A stretch of DNA of 64,000 bases from assembly GCF_965283995.1 (NCBI RefSeq), contig NZ_CBDIQG010000001.1, positions 3,725,858 to 3,789,857 on the forward strand, in the 5' to 3' direction. Below are positions 36,005-45,684 of this stretch, piece by piece. This DNA comes from Rheinheimera sp. GTDB taxonomy: Bacteria > Pseudomonadota > Gammaproteobacteria > Enterobacterales > Alteromonadaceae. The notes beneath the pieces were generated by a model. It was not told the origin of the DNA and did no database searches. It saw only the letters and a program-made list of their open reading frames with translations. Numbering within the stretch: position 1 is the stretch's first letter; each line of letters starts with the position of its first letter. Position numbers and translations under genes: made by a program.

Positions 36005-38002
36005 TTACCGCTTCAACACCGCTTCCAATTGCTGCAATGGCACCAGTTTCAGGTTCTGACCCGCTTCCGGCATCCGGTTGCGGCCATCCTGGATCGCGAT
36101 GGCGCCGAATGGAAACGCCGGTCCCAGACTTTTCACGGTCAGATCCAAGCCGTCGGTTTCTGAGCTGCCGTCGATGCCAAGCTGCGGATTAGTGCCGACG
36201 CGAAAACGCTGCAGAAATGCATAAGGCGCCGTCGCTTCATACAACACATAACTGTCATTGCCCTGGCTGGAGATCAGTAACAAGGGTTTGTTTTGTGTTG
36301 TAAAAGTGCCGGCCGGCAATAACGCCATGCCTTCAACGTCCGCGACCAGCGGGCCTTGTTCATCGTTGGCGGTGATCACCAGCTGTCCGGCCACAGGAGC
36401 TGCTGCATCGGCGGCAAAGGTCCAGACGCCGACATCTTCTTCCCCGACATACAGCTGGTGGTTTTGATCATCCGCCACACACCCTTCCGGCTGCGATGGT
36501 ACTGTGAGCGTGCGCACCAGCTTCCCTTGCCATTGGGTGCCGTCTGAACTCAGGCGGAACTGATCGATGCGGCCACTTTTATCATTAACGAAGGCATAAA
36601 GCTGGTCCGCCGCCGGTTGATACAGACACATGCCATAAATATCCGGCAGCGCGGTCGGGACTTGTCCGGCGTCGTGTAACTTGCCGCTGGCATCAATCGC
36701 AAACAACTGCAGGCTGTTATTGTTGCGCAGGCTGGCCACGGCGATATCGTGTGGTTTGCCCTGCCAATGCAGGCCATAGCGCACGTCGACATTGTTCAGC
36801 CGGCCGACTGGCAGCTGCTGCACCCGTTCCCCTTGCAGGTTATACACCTCGAGACCTGAGCGTTTATCGGTGGCCAGAATACGGCTGCTCGCCGGGGTGG
36901 TGGCGTGATGCCAAAACGCCGGGTCGTCAATCACATCACCGCGCGTGGCGGTTGACGCGGTTTCCAGCGTGGCTTGTAGCTGCGGAAACACGACAGCCGT
37001 TGCGGTTTGTTGCGGCTGCAACTGGATGGGCAGCGTCGCGCTCTGCAGCGGCTGCACATCGAGTAAATGCGCCGGCTCGACAGCGAACTGCAGGGCAATC
37101 TGCTGATTGTTGTGCTGCAGTGACATACTTTGCAGAGCAAGCTCAGTCGACAGTGGGGATGCCGTCGCACTGAAACTATCGTCGGAAGCTGGGGTAAAAC
37201 GCAGCAGCCGCGCTGGTTCAGCTTCCAGCGCCAGCAACTGGCCGTCTGGTAACAGCTGCAGCACGCTGATCTCGCTTTGGATTGCACCAAACGGCTGGCG
37301 GGCCTGCATCAGCGTGCCAGCTTCATCCGATTCTGCTTCGGCGTTAAAGCGCCATAAGCCCTGTGGCTCACTGACATACAACACACCTTTGCTGCTATCG
37401 ACCGCACAAGATTTGGCGTCATACGGCAGGTTCAGCACGCGCATCGGCACTGGTTGTGGCAACCACTGGTCCTGCTGTTGCAGCAACAACTGGTCGGCAC
37501 CGCCGCGGTCGCCAATAACAAATAAGCTAAGCTGCTGATTTTGTTTGCTTTGATAAAAACACAGGTCTTCGGCGACCCGGCTGGTCAGGGTGTAGTTGAA
37601 CCGAGGCGTGAGCACTCCTGCCTGATACTGCCACAGCCATAACTGTTGCGTTTCTTTATCAACGGCAGTGATGAGCAGTTGATCGGCTTGCTGCTGTAAC
37701 AAAGTCAGCCGTTCAAAGCGGCCGGCAGCGCTCGCCAGCACTTTGCCGTCAGCGTCCAGCACTTGCAGTGCTGTGGCGTCAGTGCGTAGCTGCAGAGCCT
37801 GATCCGCGACAGTGGCTGTGGCGCTGTAAGTGCCGGTCAGCCGCAGTGGCTGCACAGCGAGCGGCGTATCAGCGCCGTGCTTGCTGGCATCCGTTGGCGC
37901 CGTTTGTAGTTGTTGCTGACAACCAGCCAGACCGAGCAGCACAGCGCTGCTCAGTAACGAGCAAACAAAGCGGGCCTTGTTTGTGAAGACAGGATAATTC
38001 AT
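36005..38002 (-). CDS. Beta-propeller phytase (3-phytase), two-domain lipoprotein
   Basis: 'GDVIDDPAFWHH..SRILATDKRSGLEVYNLQGE' is the BPP signature in the C-terminal half. Lipobox 'LLGLAGC'. Start at ATG 38002 (GGAG 8 nt upstream) avoids overlap with the receptor gene. Confidence 0.8.
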   Translation of the reverse strand: MNYPVFTNKARFVCSLLSSAVLLGLAGCQQQLQTAPTDASKHGADTPLAVQPLRLTGTYSATATVADQALQLRTDATALQVLDADGKVLASAAGRFERLTLLQQQADQLLITAVDKETQQLWLWQYQAGVLTPRFNYTLTSRVAEDLCFYQSKQNQQLSLFVIGDRGGADQLLLQQQDQWLPQPVPMRVLNLPYDAKSCAVDSSKGVLYVSEPQGLWRFNAEAESDEAGTLMQARQPFGAIQSEISVLQLLPDGQLLALEAEPARLLRFTPASDDSFSATASPLSTELALQSMSLQHNNQQIALQFAVEPAHLLDVQPLQSATLPIQLQPQQTATAVVFPQLQATLETASTATRGDVIDDPAFWHHATTPASSRILATDKRSGLEVYNLQGERVQQLPVGRLNNVDVRYGLHWQGKPHDIAVASLRNNNSLQLFAIDASGKLHDAGQVPTALPDIYGMCLYQPAADQLYAFVNDKSGRIDQFRLSSDGTQWQGKLVRTLTVPSQPEGCVADDQNHQLYVGEEDVGVWTFAADAAAPVAGQLVITANDEQGPLVADVEGMALLPAGTFTTQNKPLLLISSQGNDSYVLYEATAPYAFLQRFRVGTNPQLGIDGSSETDGLDLTVKSLGPAFPFGAIAIQDGRNRMPEAGQNLKLVPLQQLEAVLKR

Positions 38003-38018
38003 TCGATGTGCTCCCATC

Positions 38019-40787
38019 TTAATGGCTGATTTGCAGACCAAGCGCGAAGCTGCGGCCGTATTGTTCGTATTGGAAATTGGCATAACGCTGTCCGGTATAG
38101 GCGTAATAAGGCTCGTCATTCAGGTTGACGATGTTGAAGTACAGTTGCACTGAGTCTGACCACTGATATTTACTGGAAAAATCCAGCTGCAGATGGTCGT
38201 CGGCAAAGACGTCATAGGCCGCGTCATCCAGTGCGCCGACTTCAGCTAAATAAGCCGATTTATAGTTGGCCGCCAGGCGCAGGCTAAGTGCCTCGGTTTC
38301 ATAGCCAATCGCAATATTGGCGGTGCGGTCTGACTGACTTGGCAACGTGATGTCGCGTTGTTGCCATTTGCCGTCATCGAGATAACCCAGGCTGGCATCC
38401 GAGCGGGTCAACGTCAGGTTGGCCGACAGCAACAGCTGATCCAGCCAGTTACCAAAGCCAGAAAGCTGATGCACCGCATTTAGTTCAAGGCCGCTTAAAC
38501 GGGCTTTGTCGCCGTTGCGATAGGTTTCTGCCACGGCAAAGTTTTCATAGCCTGCGCTGCCAGCCAGGTCGGCCTGGTAAATAAAGTGCTGAATATCTTT
38601 GTAAAACACCATGGCCGATAACACGCCAAGGCCGTCAGCATAGTGTTCGATACCCAGGTCGAGGTTGTCTGAGGTCAGCGATTTGAGATCCGGATTGCCA
38701 AAACTCGCTTCCAGTTCACCATCGTCTTCTTCCAGCAGATACGCCGGCGCAAGCTGGGCAAAATTCGGCCGGACCAAGGAGCGGCTGTAAGAGGCGCGGA
38801 TCTGCGAATTGTCATTGAGCTGATAGCGGCTGATCAGCGCCGGCAACCAGTCGCCATGGCTGGTATCGGCGTTGGTCGCAGTGAACGTGTCCTGTTCGCC
38901 GTCATAACGGATGCCGCTGCTGTCGCGTTGTTCATGCTCATAACGCGCACCCGCCACTAAATGCCACAGGTCGCCTTCCCATTGCGCCATCAGATAGCCG
39001 GCGCTTAACTGCTCGTCGGCTTTGAAGTTATTGATGGCCGATTCGACGTCATCGATATAATCATCTCTGTCTAAGCTATTGACCAGGCTATAAATACTGC
39101 TCGCATTGATGGCAGGACCAAAACGAGCAGGCGCAAAGTCGACCATGCTGTTGCTGTATTGGCTCAGGCTCAATGCTTTGACGCCGGCATCGGCGAAATC
39201 TTCAAAGGCCCACACCGTTTCACGAGCCGTTTTTTCGCGCTGACTGATTTTCACACCGGTTTTCAGCTGCCAGACACCGTCGGCAGCAATAAATTCGCGG
39301 CTGAGATCGGCCCGCACATTGTGCTCCTGCTCTTTGGTGTAGGTGTCGCCCATCTCGACTTCGTCAATGCTGTAACCGTCGGCCAGATAAGCCGCATCCG
39401 GTGCGATCAGTTGCAGCATATCGCTGCCCTGGAAGCCAAGGCCCGCTTTGAACTTCTGTGTAAAGGCTGCACCGGAAATACTAAAAGGCGTGTCTTCGTC
39501 AGCCTGGCTGCTGCCGGCTTCGAGTTGCCATTCATAAGCGCCTTGCTGCTGTTTGGTGCCGAGTACCAGCGCGCTGATGCTTTGCTGCTCTTCGCGTTGC
39601 TTCAGCTCCCGCACCAATTTGCCTTTGCCGGTTACGCCGGCCAGCTGCGCTTTGTCGAGCTCGGTGATCAACGCCTGCCGGCTCTCATCGTCGGTAAAGC
39701 GGCTATACAGCGTGCGGACATAATATTCAGTCAGACTGTCGGGTCTGTAGTCGGCGTTCAGCGCCAGACCTAAGCGTTCGCGGCTGATTTGATAATCGCG
39801 TAGTTCAAACTCTTCGAGGCCGTCCGGGAAATCCCATTTGCCACCGGTTTCGCTGTTGTCGGAACCAAATTTACGTTTGGCCAGGCTACCGGCGAAGGCG
39901 ATACCCAGACTGTCGCTGTTATCACCGACATCAAATAACCGGGTCACGACGCCGGACAGTTTTGGGCTTTGTGCATCAACCAGGCTGTTATGGCCGGCTT
40001 CTGCCGTGAAGCTATAGAAATCATGGCTGCGGTCAAACGCAGATAAGCTCTTGATTTCAATAGTGCCGCCTAAAGAGCCGGCCGGCATATCCGGCGTCAG
40101 TGTTTTGCTGACTTCGACCGATTCCAATAAATCGGATGGGATCACATCAAGCGCAACCGCACGGCGGCCCGCTTCCGGAGCTGCCAGCGAAGTCCCGTTG
40201 TAGGTCACGGCGTTGTAATCCGGTGCCAGACCGCGCACGCGGACAAAACGGCCTTCGCCCTGGTCGCGCTCGACCGACACACCAGCCAGGCGTTGCAAGG
40301 CTTCACTGGCGTTGCTGTCCGGGAACTGGCCCATTTCGTCGGTGCTCGCCACGGTGACGATGCCGGCCGCATTGCGCTGGCGGCTCAAGGCTTTACTGAC
40401 GGCGCCGGACTGGCCGGTGACTTCCACGTGTTCGAGGCTGTTATCGACCGCGCGTAATTTGATATCACCGAGTTGCAGTGGGTCGGCTGCGATGATCACG
40501 GCTTGCTCGGCCAGCGCCGCGCCGACATAACGCACCTGCAGCGTGTAGCTGCCTGCCGGCAGTTTCGGAAACACAAACCGGCCATCGGCGGCGGTGGTGC
40601 GGCTTAAATTCAGTTCGCGGATCACCACTTCAGCGCCGGGCAACAGCCGCTGCTGGTTGTCGGTGATGCGGCCACTCAGTGCGGCATCGGCGTATGCCGC
40701 AGTCGTGGTCGCAGCAGCAGTTAAACAAAGGCCAAGCCAGATAGCCCGGCTGAGCCGGTGCGGATGGAATAAAGGTGCAGAAGTCAT
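38019..40787 (-). CDS. TonB-dependent outer-membrane receptor with an N-terminal carboxypeptidase-regulatory-like domain
   Basis: Signal peptide. 'GRITDNQQRLLPGAEVVIREL...GSYTLQVRYVG'. Plug 'DSNASEALQRLAGVSVERDQGEGRFVRVRGL'. Terminal beta-strand '..RSFALGLQISH'. Confidence 0.9.
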   Translation of the reverse strand: MTSAPLFHPHRLSRAIWLGLCLTAAATTTAAYADAALSGRITDNQQRLLPGAEVVIRELNLSRTTAADGRFVFPKLPAGSYTLQVRYVGAALAEQAVIIAADPLQLGDIKLRAVDNSLEHVEVTGQSGAVSKALSRQRNAAGIVTVASTDEMGQFPDSNASEALQRLAGVSVERDQGEGRFVRVRGLAPDYNAVTYNGTSLAAPEAGRRAVALDVIPSDLLESVEVSKTLTPDMPAGSLGGTIEIKSLSAFDRSHDFYSFTAEAGHNSLVDAQSPKLSGVVTRLFDVGDNSDSLGIAFAGSLAKRKFGSDNSETGGKWDFPDGLEEFELRDYQISRERLGLALNADYRPDSLTEYYVRTLYSRFTDDESRQALITELDKAQLAGVTGKGKLVRELKQREEQQSISALVLGTKQQQGAYEWQLEAGSSQADEDTPFSISGAAFTQKFKAGLGFQGSDMLQLIAPDAAYLADGYSIDEVEMGDTYTKEQEHNVRADLSREFIAADGVWQLKTGVKISQREKTARETVWAFEDFADAGVKALSLSQYSNSMVDFAPARFGPAINASSIYSLVNSLDRDDYIDDVESAINNFKADEQLSAGYLMAQWEGDLWHLVAGARYEHEQRDSSGIRYDGEQDTFTATNADTSHGDWLPALISRYQLNDNSQIRASYSRSLVRPNFAQLAPAYLLEEDDGELEASFGNPDLKSLTSDNLDLGIEHYADGLGVLSAMVFYKDIQHFIYQADLAGSAGYENFAVAETYRNGDKARLSGLELNAVHQLSGFGNWLDQLLLSANLTLTRSDASLGYLDDGKWQQRDITLPSQSDRTANIAIGYETEALSLRLAANYKSAYLAEVGALDDAAYDVFADDHLQLDFSSKYQWSDSVQLYFNIVNLNDEPYYAYTGQRYANFQYEQYGRSFALGLQISH

Positions 40788-40918
40788 AACAGTTTCCAGT
40801 GCTGAAGAAGAAAGTCCGGTCTTTATTGTGCGAAGGCTGTGTGACAGCTACGCGGACAAAAAATCGATTCTGTGTGCCGGGCGGACCCGGGTCTTTGCAG
40901 CACAAGCTGGGGCAGCAT

Positions 40919-40947
40919 TTGTCATCCGACTGTCACGGCACTGTCAC
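40919..40947 (+). promoter_or_regulatory. Pho-box-like triple direct repeat (candidate PhoB site)
   Basis: 'TTGTCAT ccga CTGTCAC ggca CTGTCAC': three 7-mers at exact 11-bp phasing (40919, 40930, 40941), 59 nt upstream of ATG 41006, in the divergent region shared with the receptor-phytase operon. Confidence 0.55.
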
Positions 40948-41005
40948 AGGGGCTGCCGAAAATAAGAGGTTTAGATATTGCGAATTAGCGCAGAGGGCAA
41001 AGCGG

Positions 41006-41908
41006 ATGTGGCGATATCACCGGCAAAAACTCAGTGTCTGCCTGCTCTTATTGCTGGCGGTGCTGGTGCTGGCATTTCATCAGGGCGAACTGAAAGACTG
41101 GGCGTTACGCGACAGCGTCGATAGTCTGGGCGAAGCCGTGACGCTGGCAGTCTGTGGCGCCTGGTTGAGCCTGATCATCAGTAGCCGGCCAGTCGGGCGT
41201 ATTACCAACTATCTGTTTTTTGGCAGTTTTTTACTGCTGTTTTCCGCCACTTTAGATTTGGCGGACGAAGTGCTGGATTACCCGCCAGAGCAGCGATTGC
41301 TGAGCTGGCTGGAATCTTTCCCGGCACCGGTCGGCATGGTGTTATTAACCATCGGCTTGTTTGGCTGGCATCGGGAACAACAAGTGATTAGCCGTCAGTT
41401 ACAAGGCCGCGAAGGTTTTCTGCGTGACCATCAGCTGATTGACCCGCTGACTCAGCTCTATGGCCCGGTGTATTTGCATGCGGTGCTGAACCGGGAAATC
41501 AAGCTGCGCCGGCCGGGTCAGACCTTATCGCTGCTATTACTGGATATTCAGGGCTTCGCCGCCTACAACCGCCATTTTGGTGTGTCAGCCGGGGACGAGT
41601 TACTGCAGCGTCTGGCGATTTGGTTTGCCGGCCAGCTGCGGCCGCAGGATGTGATTTGCCGCTATAGCGGTGATTGTTTTGTTGTGCTGCTGCCAGACAC
41701 ACCACCAAGCAGCGCTGAACTGCTGGCGCAGCATTTACAAAGTCAACTGCAGCATATCTGCACTGAACCTTTGGTGCTGCAGACGGTGGTCCAGTCGGTA
41801 CAGGATCAAAGCGCAGCGGCGGCTTTGCAACAGCTGGAGCAATGCTTGTTGCAGGCAAAAACGCAGCCTGCGTCGCGACATGCCGCGTACTCCAGGGTGT
41901 GGTACTGA
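41006..41908 (+). CDS. Membrane protein with a degenerate GGDEF domain (A-site 'SGDCF', I-site RxxD retained)
   Basis: Start at ATG 41006 ('MWRYHRQKLSVCLLLLLAVLVLAF'). About four TM helices, then 'DPLTQLYGPVYLHAVLNREI...LLDIQGFAAYNRHFGVSAGDELL...RPQDVICRYSGDCFVVLL'. Confidence 0.8.
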   Translation: MWRYHRQKLSVCLLLLLAVLVLAFHQGELKDWALRDSVDSLGEAVTLAVCGAWLSLIISSRPVGRITNYLFFGSFLLLFSATLDLADEVLDYPPEQRLLSWLESFPAPVGMVLLTIGLFGWHREQQVISRQLQGREGFLRDHQLIDPLTQLYGPVYLHAVLNREIKLRRPGQTLSLLLLDIQGFAAYNRHFGVSAGDELLQRLAIWFAGQLRPQDVICRYSGDCFVVLLPDTPPSSAELLAQHLQSQLQHICTEPLVLQTVVQSVQDQSAAAALQQLEQCLLQAKTQPASRHAAYSRVWY

Positions 41909-42852
41909 TGCGTCGGCCGGGCGGATATCAGGATAAACAGCTTTTGGTCGCGCATGGCGTGCCTGAACTGCTGCAGGCCGCACAGCGCCGTGGTGCTTCT
42001 CTGCATCAGCTGCTTGCCGGTACGACTTTGTTTGAAGCCGACCTGCAAAAACCGCAATTTCGGATCCATGCCGGCGCGCTGCAACGCCTGCTCTGTAACC
42101 TGAATAAAGTACCGAGTCCGGAACTGCCGGCGGTGATCGCACAGGCGATATTGCTGAACCCGCAGATCCCGGTCTGTCGGCTGATCCTCTCGGCACCAAC
42201 CCTTGGCAAAGCGCTGCGTTATCTGTGGTTTTATCGTCAGCAGTTGTGGCCATTATGCCTGCCGGTGTTGCAATGGCAGGGCGCGACGCTGCGGCTGACG
42301 TTATTGCCGGCGGTTGGCATGGGCGCTGTGCAGGAACTGGCGCTGGCGGTATGTCAGCAGTTTGTGCTGGCGCTTTGCGCTGCCCGCCAGGTGCGTTGTG
42401 GGAATGCAACTCAAAGCGTAGCGCCGTTATTGTTACAGCTGACTTCGGCGCAGTTGGCGCAGCGCTTGGAGCAAGAGCAACGGGCGGAATGCCGGCACTG
42501 GCGGCAGATTTGTTGTCAGCAGGCGAAGTTATTACCGCGTCAGCCCGGTTTACTGGAATGGCTGAGTCGGCAGCAGCTGCGGCGTTTACCGGATTGGTTG
42601 AGCCCGGATGAAGCTGCGGCTATTTTGCAACTGCATCCGGCAGCGCTGAAACGTTTGTTGGCGGAACAACATTGCAGTTTTAGTCAATGGCAGGATCTGT
42701 TACGCAATCAGCTGGCGCTGTTCTGGTTGTCGCAACCAGAGCTGTCGAATCGGCAGCTGGCAGCGCGGTTGGGTTATTCAGATGAGCACAACTTTCGCCG
42801 GGCGGTGAAACGCTGGACAGGTTTATTACCCAGCGCGTTCAGGCCTGGCTGA
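41908..42852 (+). CDS. AraC-family transcriptional regulator
   Basis: ATG 41908 overlaps the upstream stop (cTGATG). C-terminal HTH 'LAARLGYSDEHNFRRAVKRWTGLLPSAFR'. Confidence 0.8.
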   Translation: MRRPGGYQDKQLLVAHGVPELLQAAQRRGASLHQLLAGTTLFEADLQKPQFRIHAGALQRLLCNLNKVPSPELPAVIAQAILLNPQIPVCRLILSAPTLGKALRYLWFYRQQLWPLCLPVLQWQGATLRLTLLPAVGMGAVQELALAVCQQFVLALCAARQVRCGNATQSVAPLLLQLTSAQLAQRLEQEQRAECRHWRQICCQQAKLLPRQPGLLEWLSRQQLRRLPDWLSPDEAAAILQLHPAALKRLLAEQHCSFSQWQDLLRNQLALFWLSQPELSNRQLAARLGYSDEHNFRRAVKRWTGLLPSAFRPG

Positions 42853-42883
42853 ATCACCAGGCACTATTAGCCCAAAACACCGG

Positions 42884-43087
42884 TTAGCGTTGGGATTGAC
42901 GGTGACCAAATTCCTGATCAGGCAGCTTGGCCGATAAATCACCAAACTCGGCCAACAGGGTCGCGATCTCACGATCGCTAAAACCTACCCGGTCAAAATG
43001 ACTGGCCAACTCTTCCATACTGGCGCCTTTGGCCAGCATACGCTGACCGGTTTGCAGATGAATATTGCGGACAAAATCTGAAGTCAT
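42884..43087 (-). CDS. Hypothetical small protein (67 aa)
   Basis: ORF 'MTSDFVRNIHLQTGQRMLAKGASMEELASHFDRVGFSDREIATLLAEFG..' with a weak AGGAA RBS. No family recognised. Confidence 0.4.
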   Translation of the reverse strand: MTSDFVRNIHLQTGQRMLAKGASMEELASHFDRVGFSDREIATLLAEFGDLSAKLPDQEFGHRQSQR

Positions 43088-43206
43088 AATCGGTTCCTGC
43101 ATAGTTAAACCATTGCAGGCCGCATCATGCCGGCTGAACAATACAGGCAGATGACATTTATTTTACAAATCGACCAAATACGGGCTGCACAGGATGAGCG
43201 GCCTGA

Positions 43207-44262
43207 TCAGTCGCCCAGCAGCAGTGCGCTTTTGGCCTGTACACAGCAAGTTAGTACTTCGCCGGCGGCCAGCGGCACCGCCGGATCCAGCATTTGGATC
43301 ACTTCACCTTTAAGCAGGCGCTTTTTGCATAAGCCGCAGGAGCCACCGCGGCAATCGGACGGAATGCAGGCACCGGCTTGATTTAACGCGTCCAGCACGG
43401 AACGAAAACCGGCCGAATCGGTGCGGATCTCGCCATATTGCAGCAAAAAGCTCTGTTTACTGACCGCGGCACTAAAGAGTTCAGACTGCAGTGACACACC
43501 GGATGGCGCCAGTTCATGGCGCAGCTGCGCTGTCATCGCCGCATTGGCGCAGCAATAATAATCCGCCTGCCGGCCCCCAAGCGCTAATAGCTGGGCGGCA
43601 TTGATGCGACCTTGTCCGCCCAGCCAGTCGACCGGAGGCTGTGATAAAACCGGCACATAATGCAAGCCCGGCAGTCGGTTCAATACACGATGAAATAACA
43701 AGTCCGCCGCTGTGCGCGCCTGATACACCAACGTGACAGGTCGGCGACTGCGCAGTGCCTGATAGACCATCGCAATCATCGGGGTGATACCAACGCCGCC
43801 GGCAATCAACACCAGTGGTCTGCGCCAGCCCCGCAACACAAAATGGCCTTTGGGCCGGCTGCTGTGCAGCACATCACCAATTTTGAGCTGACGAAACAGC
43901 TGTGAACTGAGCCTGCCACCTGGTTCCGCTTTAATCACCAGCCGGTAAAAATGACTATGCCGGCAATCCTGCGCCAGCGAATAAGCGCGGCTGACTGGTT
44001 GGCCAGTCGCATCAGTGCCAAATAACTGAATATGCTGACCGGCCCGCGCCTCAGGCAGTGCACGCCCGTTAGCACTGACCAGCGTCAGATGCAAGTATTG
44101 GCGCTGACGGTGCAGCCGGCTGATCCGCAGCTGCAAAGACGGCTGGTGGCGCAGGTACGTCCGACGCTGCTGCCACCAGTCAAAACCTGCCTGCAGCAAG
44201 CGCAATGTGGGTAAAAACAGTATCAGGACCAGCGCGAGAGTCGTAATCATCAGAGTAACCAT
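43207..44262 (-). CDS. Membrane-anchored ferredoxin-NAD(P)+ reductase-type oxidoreductase (FAD-binding, NAD-binding and C-terminal 2Fe-2S ferredoxin domains)
   Basis: 'RAYSLA' (RxYS FAD motif), 'LIAGGVGITPMIAM' and the C-terminal 'CRGGSCGLCKKRLLKGEV....LTCC' cysteine pattern. N-terminal TM 'MVTLMITTLALVLILFLP'. The start is uncertain. Confidence 0.75.
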   Translation of the reverse strand: MVTLMITTLALVLILFLPTLRLLQAGFDWWQQRRTYLRHQPSLQLRISRLHRQRQYLHLTLVSANGRALPEARAGQHIQLFGTDATGQPVSRAYSLAQDCRHSHFYRLVIKAEPGGRLSSQLFRQLKIGDVLHSSRPKGHFVLRGWRRPLVLIAGGVGITPMIAMVYQALRSRRPVTLVYQARTAADLLFHRVLNRLPGLHYVPVLSQPPVDWLGGQGRINAAQLLALGGRQADYYCCANAAMTAQLRHELAPSGVSLQSELFSAAVSKQSFLLQYGEIRTDSAGFRSVLDALNQAGACIPSDCRGGSCGLCKKRLLKGEVIQMLDPAVPLAAGEVLTCCVQAKSALLLGD

Positions 44263-44339
44263 CAGGTCTTGCTGGCGCTCACAAGTGGCAGCAAGCAGTT
44301 TATTCAGGGGCAACAGTATATCACCACTCCGGCATTGAT

Positions 44340-44358
44340 GAGAATGATTATCATTTGT
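44340..44358. promoter_or_regulatory. Fur-box-like site
   Basis: 'GAGAATGATTATCATTTGT' matches GATAATGATAATCATTATC at 14/19 positions, with the core inverted repeat AATGAT-T-ATCATT. It lies 78 nt upstream of ATG 44262. Confidence 0.5.
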
Positions 44359-44583
44359 TTGATGGGGTGATAAAGTGGACACAGTAAACCGCGTTCTTGC
44401 ATATTTCGGTGCTGCAACTTCAGTACGACCAAAATTTTTTCTCAGCAATGATGCAATTACTGCTAATACTTAGAACTCGTTCCACTGGAGCGAATGTTGA
44501 TTCTGTTCATAGAGTTAGTTGGCATTTGGTTTGTACTTATTGCAGAAAATCTCGGTGGTACAAACGGTTAGCACAGGAAAATT

Positions 44584-45684
44584 ATGATGGCACAATCTGA
44601 TAATCAGCCCGTTCTCCCGTCAATTGTGCTGGCTGCAGCACTGTTGGCATTGACGGCGTTTTTACTGATCAATCCAGCGGCGTTTGCCGTCCGTCTGGTT
44701 GTCGCTGGCGTTGGGCTGGCCGCTGCATTTTGGGCCTGGTCGCAGTTACGCGGGGCAGTAGCGCAGGCACAGCAACAATCGGTAGCACAGCAGGACACCA
44801 AACGTGAACTGCAGGAACAACAACAGGATAAACTCGGGCAACAGCAGCAGTTTTTACAAGCCGTCTTGCCGGTTTGGCGTGACCAGCAACAGATGGCGTC
44901 ACAACAGTTGGAAACTGCAGTCAACGCGCTGATCAGCCAGTTTCATGGCATTCATGATCAGCTGCAGCAATCCATTCAATCATCCCGCTCCGCCACTGGC
45001 GGGCAAACTGGCCTCGCGGATGTGGTAAAGCAAAGTGATCACAATCTGACAGCTATTGTCAGTTTGCTGCGTGAAGCCATGAGTAATCGCGACGAATTGC
45101 TGAATGAAATCAATGCATTGGCTGCTATCACTGATGAGCTGAAAACGATGGGCGCTGAAGTCGCCGGCATAGCTTCACAAACCAATTTATTGGCGCTGAA
45201 TGCCGCCATTGAAGCGGCCCGGGCCGGTGAGCAAGGCCGCGGTTTTGCCGTGGTTGCTGACGAAGTGCGCACTTTGTCATCCCGCTCCGGCGAAACCGGT
45301 GCCCGCATCACCAAACGCATTGATGACGTCAATGAAATGCTGAAGCGTACGCTGGCGCGCACCGCACAATTTACCGAGCAGGACGAGCAGCGGTTACAGC
45401 ATTCGGAAGTCTCAATCCAACAAGTCCTTAGTGATTTTAAACAAGTCGCCAGCGCTATCCTCGCATCATCTGGCCAGCTGGAAAGCAGTAGCCTGCATGT
45501 GCAACAAGAAATCAGTGCTGTGTTGACGTCGCTGCAATTCCAGGACCGTATAAGTCAGATCCTGGCGCATGTCAGCGCTGATATCGACAAACTGCAACAA
45601 AGCCTCAATCGGGCGGATAGTCTGAGTCAGCTGGATCAACAACAATGGTTGCGTGACATGGCCAGGAACCGTGCTGCGATCTAG
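44584..45684 (+). CDS. Methyl-accepting chemotaxis protein (short, membrane-anchored, no recognisable periplasmic sensor)
   Basis: Two N-terminal hydrophobic helices, a Q-rich coiled coil and '[37 protein letters not shown]'. Confidence 0.85.
   Translation: MMAQSDNQPVLPSIVLAAALLALTAFLLINPAAFAVRLVVAGVGLAAAFWAWSQLRGAVAQAQQQSVAQQDTKRELQEQQQDKLGQQQQFLQAVLPVWRDQQQMASQQLETAVNALISQFHGIHDQLQQSIQSSRSATGGQTGLADVVKQSDHNLTAIVSLLREAMSNRDELLNEINALAAITDELKTMGAEVAGIASQTNLLALNAAIEAARAGEQGRGFAVVADEVRTLSSRSGETGARITKRIDDVNEMLKRTLARTAQFTEQDEQRLQHSEVSIQQVLSDFKQVASAILASSGQLESSSLHVQQEISAVLTSLQFQDRISQILAHVSADIDKLQQSLNRADSLSQLDQQQWLRDMARNRAAI

Noticed and set aside
38003-38119. N-terminal extension of the phytase ORF overlapping the 3' end of the TonB-dependent receptor gene
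   Set aside because: The internal ATG at 38002 has GGAG 8 nt upstream and yields a proper lipoprotein signal peptide. The extension would overlap the receptor's terminal beta-strand codons.
40839-40845. Single CTGTCAC (reverse strand), about 50 nt upstream of the receptor gene ATG, as a Pho box for the phytase operon
   Set aside because: Only one good 7-mer is present. The 11-bp-phased partner positions (CCTTCGC, TAAAGAC) do not match. It is mentioned under the Pho-box finding but not called.
41735-42409. 224-aa antisense ORF across the GGDEF/AraC junction
   Set aside because: It has an Ala/Pro/Arg-rich product typical of antisense frames in GC-rich genes. It overlaps two genes that have clear domain signatures.
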